Assembly: GCF_009914755.1 (NCBI RefSeq)
Contig: NC_060936.1
Reading direction: 5' to 3' (one strand)
Length of the DNA: 64,000 nt
Origin: the human T2T-CHM13v2.0 reference genome, Homo sapiens
The position numbers and the translations under genes are program-made. The notes beneath the pieces were generated by a model. That model did no database searches. It saw only the letters and a list, made by a program, of their open reading frames with translations, and had not been told where the DNA came from. Positions 36,615 to 47,885 of the stretch are shown here, piece by piece (the stretch's first letter is position 1; each line of letters begins with the position of its first letter).

Positions 36615-37124
36615 TGTGAAAGAAAAATAGACTCTCAGGACCCCAAACTCACCATGCCAAAGGGAAAGTTAAGCCTAGGAACTGAGTCACCAACGCTGTC
36701 TTCCTTTTGTTCTCAAACAGATAGCTGTAATTTCACAACCCCTGTCATAGCCACATTTCCTGTCCTCTCACCTTTCACATGTTTACTTTACCTTAGGTAA
36801 AATATAGATTTACTGAGCACAAGACAATGCATAAATGATTTTTTCCTCTATTCTCTTTTAGCATGTAAAATGTAGATTTATGGAGGCTAACCAGAGCCTT
36901 ATAAAAATGTAACCGTCTGCCTCACTGTCTACCCTCCCTCCCTTTTTTCCCCTCCTGCTTGTTCTCTCCCCTGTAAACACTGTAGTTCCCAAAGCTTCTT
37001 TTGGGAAAAGCATAGGTCACACGTACCTTGGTGACTTGTGTGTTTTTCCCTGGTGTGTCCTCAACCTTGGCTAAATAAACCTCTAAATGATTAAGACAGC
37101 TGCCTCAGTCACTTTTTGGTTCTG
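36615..37124 (+). mobile_element. MER4-group ERV1 solo LTR
   Basis: tgtgaaagaaaaata..ggaccccaaactcac..gccaaaggg start; aaataaacctctaa..actttttggtt end. Confidence 0.8.
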
Positions 37125-37154
37125 TAAGTTATCTACAGTTTATAGGATAGAGGT

Positions 37155-37345
37155 TAGATTCACAGCTGTGTGACCCTGGAGAACTCACTTAACATCTCTG
37201 TGCTTCAGTTTCCTTATCAGTGCAAGGGAGATCATAACAGCACTTACCATAGTGGGTTGTGAGGATTAAATGAGCTGGTCCATGTAAACCACTCGAGATG
37301 GTGCATGTGCCTGGTAAGTGCTCAAATGTTAACTATTATTAATTT
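37155..37345 (+). mobile_element. MIR
   Basis: gctgtgtgaccctgg..cacttaacatctctgtgcttcagtttcc..gaggattaaatgag. Confidence 0.85.
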
Positions 37346-37848
37346 TATCTTCACCAGCCTTTAGGATATTGTTATTGTCCCCTAAGGCTCAGAGAAATGA
37401 TGGCCTCTAAGCCATTAGGTGAGGACTCAAGCCCGGCTTTGTCTGATTCTGATCCAATAGTTGTTACACCTTTGCTTCTGGCAACATATTTGTTTACTCT
37501 CCCAATTGCCACCAGGGAAAATAATTTCATGGGCCATGATAAAAGCGTGAATGAGATAGTTGCTTTAGATTCAGGCATTTCTAGTACCCAGAAGCCTTAG
37601 GCAAATATATCTTCTGGAAATTCTACCTTCATCACCAATTCTTCCACACCTGGGAGGCAGCAGAATTTATCAGGGGCAGCCCAAGGGTTATCATTGACTT
37701 TCTCCAATTTCCTTTCCATCCACAATTTGGTTTATCACTCAGTTCATACTCTGTCCAAAAATATGTCCTGGAATCTGTCTTCTCCTTTGAACTCTTATCT
37801 GCCTAATTAGGCTTCAGGTTTCCAAGGCCCCCAAGTCCGCCTAGTCAG

Positions 37849-38467
37849 TGTTGATGAAAAAAGTCAAACTCTGTAAAATATTTGAAGAGATTTATTCTGA
37901 GCCAAATATGAGTGACCAGTGGCTCATCACACAGTCCCAGGGGATCTTGAGAACATGTGTCCAAGGTGGTCAGTCTACAGCTTGGTTTTATGCATTTTAC
38001 AGAGACGTAAGACATCAAGCAATCAATACGCATAAGATCAGTCTGGAAAAGGGGGGCAACTCTGGGGGGAGTGGGCTTCCAGGTCATAGACAGATTCAAG
38101 AATTTTCTAGTTGGCAATTGGTTGAAAGAGTTATTATCTAAAGACCTAGAATCAGTGGAAGGGAATGTCTGGGTTAAGATAAGGGGTTGTGGTGACCAAG
38201 TTTCCCATTATGCAGATAAAATCAACAGAAGAGAATATTTCTGATCAGACGTAAAAGAGTCTATCTGTATTAAGGTCTCTCTTTTTATGTTAATGCTAGT
38301 CAGCTGTGCCTAAATTCCAATGGGAGGAGGGTATAATGAGGCATGTCTGAACCTCACTTCACATCATGGCTTGAACTAGCTTTTCAGGTTAACTTTGGAA
38401 TGCCCTTGGCCAAGAGGGTGGGGTCCATTGGCCAGTTGTGGACTTAGAATTTTATTTTTGGTTTATG
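37849..38467 (-). mobile_element. MER4D/E-like ERV1 solo LTR
   Basis: tgttgatgaaaa..gtcaaactctgtaaaatatttgaagagattt; cttagaattttatttttggttta. Confidence 0.8.
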
Positions 38468-38828
38468 TTAGTATTAGTCACACCCAGCTCTTTTGATTTT
38501 ACTCTTTTTCCCTTTTCCCCCTCTTTCTGGTTCCAAAGACAGCTTTCCTGCAGCACTTCCCTTATTTTGAAATTATTTTTACAAGTCTGTGTTTCCTACA
38601 AGGGTAAACTCCTGAAAGACATGGTCTTTTTTTCTTTTAACCTGGAAATGGCTCCTAGGCACAATTAAGACAAGACTAACTCATTAATATGCCTAAAGGA
38701 AGAGTCCAGAAGGGGTGTAAGGGGCATAGATATTCACAGAAAGCAGAGACAGAGAAAACACACAAAAAAATGTTGACCCTCTCAGATGAGGAGAGGTTCT
38801 TTCTGACTACCTCAAGCTACCTTATTAC

Positions 38829-39101
38829 TTTTTTAATTTGTAGAGATGAGGTTTCACTACATTGCCCAGGCTGGTTGAACTTCTGGGCTCAAGCGATCCT
38901 CCCACCTCAGCCTCCCAAGTAGCTGGGATTATAGTAAGTGTGCACCACAAACACATGGCTAATTGTTTAATTTTTTTTTTGTGGAGGTGAGGGTCTCACC
39001 GTGTTGCCCAGGCTGGTCTTGAACTCCTGGGGTCAAGTAATCCTCTCACCTCAGCCTCCCAAAGTGCTGGGATTTACAGGCGTGAGTCACTGCACCTGGC
39101 C
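38829..39101 (-). mobile_element. Old Alu dimer of two left-monomer (FLAM-like) units
   Basis: Both units read gcccaggctggt..gaact.ctggg without the right-arm agtgcagtgg insert. Confidence 0.75.
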
Positions 39102-39664
39102 TTAGAATAGGAATGTTTCTCAAGAACCACAGATCCCTGCCACTTCAATCATTTGATGACTGAGCGAACGTCTCTCAAATTTAGAGCCTCCTTTGAAGAC
39201 CTGCCTGGGAGAAACGAATGGGTCTACTTTGCAAAAAGGAGCTATGATTCCTGTGGTGAATAGGAAAATCAATCAGCATTTCTGTTTGTACACTGGCTTA
39301 GGGAAAGGCAACTGAGTCCCTACAAGTTGGTTCTGCCCACCTTCTGTTGACATACACCAGTCTGTGAGTCTTCAATGACTTCAGTAACCTCACTGAGGGA
39401 GCTGGCCCCATGTCACTATCATGACAGTTAGCAGATCTTTCTAAAAAAAAAAAAAAAAAAAAAAAAACCATGCTGGATCTGATTTTTCCACTCAAGAAGT
39501 GCTTTTGGGGCCTTATCAGTCTTTCCATTTCTCCAGAAAGCACTACAAACAATAGTAGCAGTTACCTTTTTTTGAAAATTTACTCTGTGCCAGGCACATA
39601 GTTTTGTTCCTGCCCAGAATACCCTATCAGTCTATTTCAACCCTAGCCATCCTTTAAAGCCAAC

Positions 39665-40000
39665 CATTTGTTTACTTATTCAACATTTACCCAGCACTTT
39701 CTAGACGCCAATATATGTGGCAATGTTGAGTTGAGTGAGACGCAGCTACAGTCCTCAGGAGCTCACCGTGTAATGAGGCAGAAACAGAAACTCTCTAATG
39801 AAATAGTGCATAATGATAGAGAGACGAACGGGATCCTGTGGGATACAGAGGGTCATATAACCCAGCTTTGCAAGGGAGGCTGATTCGAGAGGCTTCGTGG
39901 AGGAGGTGACACATGAGCTGAATAGGAGAGAGACTGTGGAGAAAGGCATCCTTGATCAAGTTAGCAAGTGGAAAACCACAGTGTGTGCAGGGTAAAATGA
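39665..40000 (-). mobile_element. L2
   Basis: attcaacattta..cctcaggagctcac..ggcttcgtggaggaggtgaca. Confidence 0.65.
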
Positions 40001-41873
40001 GCAGTGGTTCCACATGTTTATGGAGGACAGGTAAAAAGCCAGAGTCTACATCCCAGAGGGAGAGAAGAGATTCAACTGTTCCCCCAGTCTTACTTTCCAT
40101 GCAACTTGTGTGGTGTGAGCATCCTGCCTCTGCACTTAAAGTGCCTAAAAGATACATCATTATATGAAATATCTTCCAAGTACAAGCCTGCTGTTTCATC
40201 TTTGGGGACAACCAAAGAAACCGAAATCTGCCCCAGTATTGGAGGGAAAACTAATCATGCTAGCCCTTTGTAGAGATGCAGGAGGAAGACTGTGTACCTG
40301 ATGAGCATTTAAAGGATTTTCTCAGGTAATTTAAATGTTGCACATCTTTGCTTAGACTTCAGAGCCAACCTCCTCCCGCTGCCATGCAGTTCAAGGGCTT
40401 GTCGATGTGTTCACCTGCATTTTGAAATTTTTCCCAATGAGACTGTTAATTGTATTGAGGATGGGTCCTATCCCTGAGACAATGCACTTGCATTTTTTCT
40501 GTGGAAGAAATCCTCTAGAATGCACAGTAGGCTGACTGGTTTTGATGAGATACCAGTGAGGGTGGCTTTAATTTAAGCAACATGTATACAATAACATGTT
40601 CCACCAGAACTAGCAATATTGTCAGGTTACAGGTTTTCAGGGCTCAGGATACCACTAGTGGCCCACTTGCAGGGTCAGAACACACACTGGAAGTTCCCAA
40701 TTGCTTCTTCATTTACACAAGTTCTGTAGAAGAAACTATCAATGACAAAGCAGTGACATATGGTGGTGAAGACACTCCCTGCACCAGACTAAAAGTTTCA
40801 GTACCACGGCCAGGTGGGGAATTAAAAGAAGGAAAAACCTTGTAAACTTGATGTTAGAGTCAGAGAAGGGATGATCCAATGCCTACAATATGAGCTGAGG
40901 GCCAAGAATATTTATTATTTCTTTTACTGTTAGTTCAAATGTGAATTTCCTCTGCTCAACTCCAGACACTCAACTCCAATTTTCTGATAGTAACCATTGT
41001 AAAAAAATATTGCCACCATCTTTGTCTTTTGGGCTTATAAGTGGACTAAGTTCTTATGCTTGGTTAGGTAGAATCTTTTCAGTGACCTGAAAATGAAGGC
41101 ATATGCAAATATCTTTAAAATAGTCTTTTTGAAGCTGCACAGAAAGGAAGAGTCGAGAGATCCTTCTGCGGTAGTATTGATTCCTCCCTCCCTCCCAACC
41201 AAGCCAGATCTTCAGCAGGGAGCTGGAATTGGGTTTCCAGAATAAGAGGATTGTATCCTAACAGTTCTGGAACTACATGGGGTGACATTCTCATTCAGGT
41301 GCCACCCAAGGTTTGATGACATCTGTAACAAGTCTGCTGAGAGGACAGCACAGAAGTCCCTTCAGAGGAAAAAGGCAATAAGAATGCAGCATCAAGATCC
41401 TGATTTATCGTGTTCGCATTTACCTGCCAGTCTCCTTGGATACGCCTCTCTGTTGCAGGGTAGGGGTTTTGGTTAGAAATTCTGCTCACATGCCGGGGTT
41501 GGTAGCTGCATAATTGAACAGCACAGAACTACCCAGGGAAGCTGGAGAATGTTGATTGCTCCCAGATGGATGGCCAGGGGGGCACCTGGAGGACCACAGG
41601 GTCTTAAAGGGCACTCAAAGCAAGCTACTGTTCTTCCTCACTTCTCACTGGAGCACAAGGTGTTTTGCTGCCTGCAGAAGGCAGAGATTTGTCAGAACTC
41701 CCTTCTGACCTTTATTATTGATGAAGCGATAGCAGATGGGTGGCCTACGTCTGACCCAACAGCTTACTAATCCATATGTGCCCACTCTGCTTACTAATCC
41801 ATACGTGCCTGCCTTCACTCTGCATTAGGCCAATTCACCCACCCAGGCCTGGGTGAATGCAGGTCTAGACCAT

Positions 41874-42308
41874 TGTTTTGGATTATAGTATCCCCCCAAA
41901 TTCACATCAACCTGGGCCTCAGAATGTGACCTTATTTGGAAATAGGGTCTTTGTAGATGTGATTAGTTAAGACGGGGCCATTCTGGATCAGGGTGAGCCT
42001 CAGATTCAATGACTAGTGTCTTTAAGAGATAGCAGAGAGACATTCATGGAGAAGAAGCCATGCCAAGATGAGAGAAGATTGGAGGGATGTAGCTATGAGC
42101 CAAGGAAGGCCAAAGCTTGCCAGGAGCCCCCAGAAGCCAGGGGAGAGGCATGGAATAGATTCTCCCAGAATCTTCCAGAAGGAATCAACTCTGCTGACAA
42201 CCTTGATTTCGGACTTACAGCCTCCAGGACTGTGAGAGAATGCATTTCTTAGTTTTAGGCCATCCAGTTTGTGGTAACTTGTTTTGGCAATCCTAGGACA
42301 CTAATGCA
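41874..42308 (+). mobile_element. MLT1B/C LTR
   Basis: cagaatgtgaccttatttggaaatagggtcttt..ccagaagc..ggagaggcatggaa. Confidence 0.88.
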
Positions 42309-43149
42309 ACAGTCAAGGACAATGATGCTGCCAGGGGCTACAGAGTGAAAATAAAGGGAAGGACAGAGCCAGGGACGCCCTGGTCCGCTCTAAACTCACC
42401 AGGAAGATAAATTACTTTTGAAGGGGATCGGGGTGGGAACTTCATGGAGCTCACTGAGGGGGAGACTTGAAGCAGGCCTTCCCCCAATATTATCACTAAT
42501 AAAAATCACACTGGAAGAGGAAAGCTTTCATGAAAGCTTTAATTTTGACTAAGCTAGAGTCCCTATGGAATGAACATTCACTCGTACCTCTCTCCTCACT
42601 TGTTGGAAAATAGGTAAATGAGCTTATCTCAAGTCCTTAATTAGAACATAACCACGTGCAAGGGAGATCTCTTATCAGCATAGATGTTTTTACCCACAGT
42701 TTAATGTTTGTACTGTTAGTTTTGAGAAGACGACCACAACTATTCAAAAGGACATGCCAGACACCTTAGTAAGTCACATGCAAATTGGCTAAAATTACTA
42801 AGGCAGGAAAGACCACTAATAAATGTTGCATCTTCAACCACAAGTCTAGGTATGGCCTAGTAAGTAGGATTACTCAATTAAGCAGAGCAAATATTTGCCT
42901 TGAAAATTGTAGTTAATCAAATTCCACTTCTGTCCAAGCCAAACTGAGGGTAGAACCAATTCCAGATGACACAGAGCAGAGAGACGGAGTCTGGTGGCAT
43001 TGCCTGAGGCCTGAGTGAAGCTGTGCCTGAACCCATCTCTGCCTACTGCCTTTTTAAAGAACTAGACATCTGTGCAGAAGGCTGAGTTCATCATCATCCT
43101 CAGATCATGGCACTGTATGCAAAATCTCTTCATCTCTGATTAACTCTTA

Positions 43150-44300
43150 CCCTTCTCCCCTTTCCCCATTTCTTCCTACGGGCAATCACTCTAATATGGT
43201 TAATATGGGACTTTGTCTGCAGTGGTTGTAAGCATTTCTAATTTATTCAAATAATTTTATCATATCTTCTTTCTTTTACTTTTGTCACTGAGCACCATGT
43301 CTCTGAGGTCTTTCCATGATGCTACTGTGGTTAACAGCTTTCTAACTGCTTCTCATTACTGCATACTTCTCCATGGTGTGTATTCACTGTGTTTTTTCAT
43401 ATCTATACCCCGCAACCACCATCACAAAATCCCCTGACAGCAATGAACATGCTGTATGTGTCTCCTGTGGAGCTATGTAACAGTTTCCTTGGGTCATAAC
43501 ATTAGCAGTGGGATTGCTGGGTCTGAGGAGACACTTGATTTGACTAAGTGATGGCTAATTTCTCTGGGTAATGGATGTCAGTCTACTTTTCCAATGGCGA
43601 GGGTTCTTGTATCTGTATTTGCCACCCAAGGGTTCTTGTATCTCTGTTTGCCACTAGCACTTAACATTATTGAGGTTTCTAATTTTTGCTGGTCAAATTT
43701 TAAAAAGGTAATATGTCATGTTTTTATTTATTTTTTTGAGACAGGGTCACACTCTGGAGTACAGTAGTATGAATATGGTTCACTGCGGCCTTGACCCCCA
43801 GGGCTCAAGTGTTCCTCCCACCACAGCCTCCCCAGTAGCTGGGACCACAGGTGTGCACCACCACATTCAGCTAAGTTTTAAAATTTTTGTAGAGATGGGG
43901 GTCTCAATATGTTGCCCAGGCAGGTCTCCAGCTCCTGGACTCAGACAGTCCTCCTGCCTATGCCTCCCAAAGTACTGGGATTAGAGGTGTGGGCCACCGC
44001 ACCTAGTCTCATATTTTTTTAATTGGCATTTCATTAATTACGAATAACTTGCAACATCTCTCCATATACCTGTAAGTATTTGGGGTTACCCCTTCTATAA
44101 ACTGCCTGTTCATATTCATCACCCATTTTTCTACTGGGGCTGCTTTCTTCTTGTTGGTTCACAAGTGTTCCATATGTAGTATGGTATTTAACCCCTTGTT
44201 GGTTTTAGAAATTGAAGATATTTCCCTTTTTCTTTAATCTACCCATTAGCTTTGTCCACAGTGTCCTTTGTGGATCAGAGATCCTTAATTTTAATGGAAT
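43150..44300 (-). mobile_element. Old L1M relic containing AluJ (43720-44008)
   Basis: gtgggattgctgggtc, ttggcatttc..aactgcctgttcatatt; Alu gggctcaagtg.tcctccc. Confidence 0.7.
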
Positions 44301-44302
44301 TC

Positions 44303-44960
44303 TGGCCTGCAGAATTCTATTTTTTTTTCTTTTGGTCTGCAGAATTCTAAAGATGTCATCCCAAGATTTCGTTTCTCTGATTATCTAATCAAACACTAAC
44401 CTAGGTACTGCAGAGAAGAAACTTTGCTGATTTATATAAGGTTAGGACTTTAAAATGGAGATTATCCTGGATAATTTGGGTAAGCCCAATCTCATCACTT
44501 GAGTCCTTAAAAGCAGTGAAATGTCTCCAGCTGGCATCCAAGAGTTGTAGGAGGACAGATGGAGAAGGAGCAAACAGAGGTGTGAATCATGAGAAGGGCT
44601 TGCCTGAATGTTGCCGGCTTGAAAGACTGAGGAAGGAGGCCACGAACCAAGCATTGGCTATGGCCTCTAGAAGCTGGGAAGGGCCCCTGGGCTGGTAGCC
44701 AGCAAGGAAACAGGGGCCTTAGTCCCACAGTTGCCGGGAACTGAATTTGGCCAACAACCGGAAGGAGCCCGGAAGCAGATTCTCTTCCAGAGCTTCCAGA
44801 TAAGAGCCCATACCAGCTGGCACCTTGATATTAGCCTGGTGAGAGCCTAAGAAAAGTGCCCAGCTGAGCCCACTGGGTTTGACCTGCAAAACTGTGAGAT
44901 AGTAAATGAGAGTCAATCAATTTGTGATAATTTGTATGGCAGCAAGAGGAAACTAATAGA
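44303..44960 (+). mobile_element. MLT1D/E LTR
   Basis: gcagaattctaa.gatg start; ggagattatcctggat; ccagcaaggaaacagggg; actaata end. Confidence 0.82.
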
Positions 44961-45381
44961 GAAATCATACTTGTCAATCTTTTGCCTTATGGTTTATGTG
45001 TCTGGATTTTTTTTTCAAGTTTTTTCTTACCCCTGTGCATGCATGAATTTTCAGCCTTGTAGGGTGTTATTGCCCCTGCCATGAGGGTGAAAATTGGTTC
45101 TTGGGAGGTGAAAAAAACCCAACTCTTTAAAGCACAGATATCTATATCTATATATCTATATCTATATATGCACAATATATATATAAATAGGAAACCAACA
45201 TAACTGGCATTAACATCCCCCCTGGAGGGTTACATTTAGGAAGAAAAAGTCTTAAATAAATAAAATGTAGAAGAATATCACTGTGACATGGGGCCAGTGT
45301 TTTGCAACCTTCTTTTAATTATCACCTAAAACTCATAAAAACTCCTAAGAAGTTTTTTTTAAGACTTTTTTTAATCCCAGG

Positions 45382-45557
45382 AGAGTAGCTGGGATTACAG
45401 GCGTGTGCCACCATGCCCGGCTAATTTTTGTGTTTTTACGAGAGACAGGGTTTCACCACGTTGGCCAGGCTGGTCTCGAACTCCCAACCTCAGGCTTTCC
45501 ACCCGCCTCGGCCTCCCAAACTCCTGGGATTACAGGTGTGAGCCATGGCACTCGGAC
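45382..45557 (-). mobile_element. Partial AluS (left arm plus start of right arm)
   Basis: gagtagctgggattacaggcgtg..gtgagcca; rest of right arm absent. Confidence 0.88.
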
Positions 45558-45756
45558 TTCTTGTGCTTTTTATTTTGTATTTTATTAACATTTGTGTTTA
45601 CAATTTCTTTTGAGGGTCAAGTGGTGAGTTGTGAAGATGATGTATGATGTGATGGAGGAAAGTTCCAGGTCTAGACCTACAGACAGTCCTGGTAAAATCA
45701 GTGATGGAAAATCACACATAGGACCTGAAACTGAAGTCATCAATGAGGAATTACAG

Positions 45757-46118
45757 TTTCTATGGACTGAATGCCTGTATCTCTGGCCAAAATTCACATA
45801 TGAAGCCCTACCTAACCCCAGTGTAATAGTATCTGGAGGTGGGGGCTTTGGGAGGTGATTAGGTCATGAGGGTGGACCCCTCATGAACGGGATTCGTGTC
45901 CTTATAAAAATGGACACTGAGAGAGATAATCTCTCTCCCTCTGTTACAAGCGAATACAGCAAGAAGGCAGCCATTTGCAAACTCGGAAAAGAGTTCTTAC
46001 CATCTATGCTGGCATCCTGATCTCAGACTTCCAGCCTCAAGAACTCTGAGGAATAAATGCTGTTTAAGCCACCCAATCTATGGTATTTTTGTTATAGCAG
46101 CCAGAAGTGACTAAGGCG
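45757..46118 (+). mobile_element. MLT1A/B LTR
   Basis: t.tctatggactgaatg..gggaggtgattaggtcatgaggg..gactaag. Confidence 0.87.
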
Positions 46119-46454
46119 ACAGTCTTCAGGACACAGAGAAGCTGCTCCTTGTGATGAAAGCCACTCTTCAATGAGCTTTGTGCAGGCTGGTGATCCACGT
46201 GGTCCTACCCCCCCTCCACCTGCCCCACCGTGTGTCTCTGTGGCAAACAACTCACAAGTGCAACAGTGGCCTGGCAGACTGAAAACACACTGACCTACAG
46301 GCCACTGCTATTGGTAAGGTAAGAGGCTATTTTAAATGGCAATTGGAATCTCAAAGAGTGGAAAGCTTTTGTTAAAAATCCACCCTCAGGCACAGGAAGC
46401 AAGATCTAGTAGCAGAACTTATTGGCCAGAAAAGGGAAGGCCACACAGGTAGTG

Positions 46455-46740
46455 AGAACCTAATAATGCCTGTAAAATTTCAGTGAGTAAATTGCCAGGA
46501 CAAGATGCAGTATGAGGGATTGGAAAGGTTTCACTCTCAGGGAATACAATATCAATCAATGTATTGATGGGATGTCGCATGATGCTGAAGAGGTTCATGC
46601 AATAAACTGAAAAGCAGTATCTTCTCTGTCTAGGTTGATGTGTCAACAGATTTTGCCAATACACGTCTTAGTATTTGTAAGGCTTATAAATGATGAAACT
46701 CAAGAATACATTTTCTGCTGCAAAGAGCTGCCCAAAACAA
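46455..46740 (+). pseudogene. Decayed hAT Charlie/Buster-type transposase fragment
   Basis: Translates across frameshifts as KVSLSGNTI/CIDGMSHDAEEV/FSV*VDVSTDF/HVLVFVRLIND..EYIFCCKELPKT, resembling Buster-family LSxNTIxRRI, FSLQLDESTD and LLVFVR motifs. Confidence 0.75.
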
Positions 46741-46829
46741 ATATATATACTTGTTTTGGGCAGCTCTTTGCAGTAGAAAACATATTTTCAATATATATTT
46801 TCTATGTTTTGCATATTATTATTTTTCTA

Positions 46830-47520
46830 TTAAAGCTTTATTGAGGTATAACTGATATACAATAAACTGCATAATTTGATGAGTTTTGATATAATCGTAC
46901 ATCTGCAAAACCATCACCACAGTCAAGATAATGAACATACTTATCACCTCCAAAAGCTTCCTCATGCCCTTGTATATATAATCCATTTCTCTCTACACCC
47001 CACCCTTGTTCCCAGTCATTGATCTGCTTTCTGCTACTATAGATTAGTTTGCATTTTCTAGAATTTAATATAATGCAATCATATGTACAGTCATGCATCA
47101 CATAATGACATTTCAATCAATGATGGACTGCATATATATGACAGTGGTTCCATAAGATTTTAATACTGTATTTTTCCTGTGCCTTTTCTATGTTTAGATA
47201 TGTTTAGATACACAAATACTTACCATTGTGTTAAAATTGCCTACTGTATTCAGTAGTCACGTGCTGTACAGTTTTGTAGTCTGGGAGCAGTAGACTGTCT
47301 CAGATAGCCTAGGTGTAGTAGGCTGTATCACGTAGCCTAGGTCTACACCTAGGTCTACACCTAGGCTGCGTGATACAGCCTATTGCTCCCAGGCTAGACC
47401 ATCTTGGTTTGTGTAAGTACACTCTATGATGTTCATACAATAATGAAATTGCCTAACTATACACTTCTTAGAATGTATCCCTGTCATTGAGTGACCCATG
47501 ACTGTATCCTTTTGTATCTG
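46830..47520 (-). mobile_element. L1MB/MC 3' fragment split by Tigger
   Basis: ctttattgaggtataactga..aaaccatcaccacagtcaagataatgaaca..tatagattagtttgcatttt. Confidence 0.78.
47088..47504. mobile_element. Tigger3/MER7-type Tc1-mariner MITE
   Basis: TIRs cagtcatg/catgactg flanked by TA TSD; ggttcccataagatt motif. Confidence 0.9.
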
Positions 47521-47524
47521 GGGT

Positions 47525-47885
47525 GAGGAAGTAGGACTTCTTGTGGAATGCTCACTCTTGAGACCCAGCTGCCATGCAAAGCCCAAGTTAGCTGTGTGGA
47601 GCGGTCACGTGGAGAGAGCCAAGCCCAGGTTAGCTGTGTGGAGAAGGCACGTGGAGAGAGCCTTCCAACCATCCCCACCATGGTGCCAGACATATGAGCA
47701 AAGCCATGCTGAATGTTCCAGCCCTGGCTGCCACCTCACTGAAGCCATACAAAACACTTTGGGTAAGAGCAGCAGAAATGAGCCAGCTGGTCAACCCACA
47801 GAATTGTGAGATGTAATACAATGGTTGTCATTTTAGCCATTACATTTTGGAATGGTTGGTTATCCAGCGACAGATAACTGAGCAA
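47525..47885 (+). mobile_element. MLT1G/H-like LTR
   Basis: cccagctgccatg, cacgtggagag, caacccacagaattgtgag, cagataactg. Confidence 0.7.

Noticed and set aside
36615-38467. Oppositely oriented MER4-group LTR pair as a second inversion or provirus
   Set aside because: Different subfamilies; each has its own near-matching flanks (TAAA/TAAG, TCAG/TTAG); spacer is MIR/unique DNA, not ERV internal sequence.
40200-40335. Possible exon ending at CTCAG/GTAATT
   Set aside because: An isolated donor-like site without a supported acceptor, frame or homology; lncRNA exons cannot be called from sequence alone.
41762-41810. Short imperfect direct duplications (27-bp period here; also 17658-17717 and 43600-43655)
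   Set aside because: Ordinary small slippage duplications with no further signal.
46455-46844. Domesticated ZBED/Buster-like gene exon
   Set aside because: Stop codon and frameshifts next to the first catalytic motif; truncated by the fold-back and an L1.
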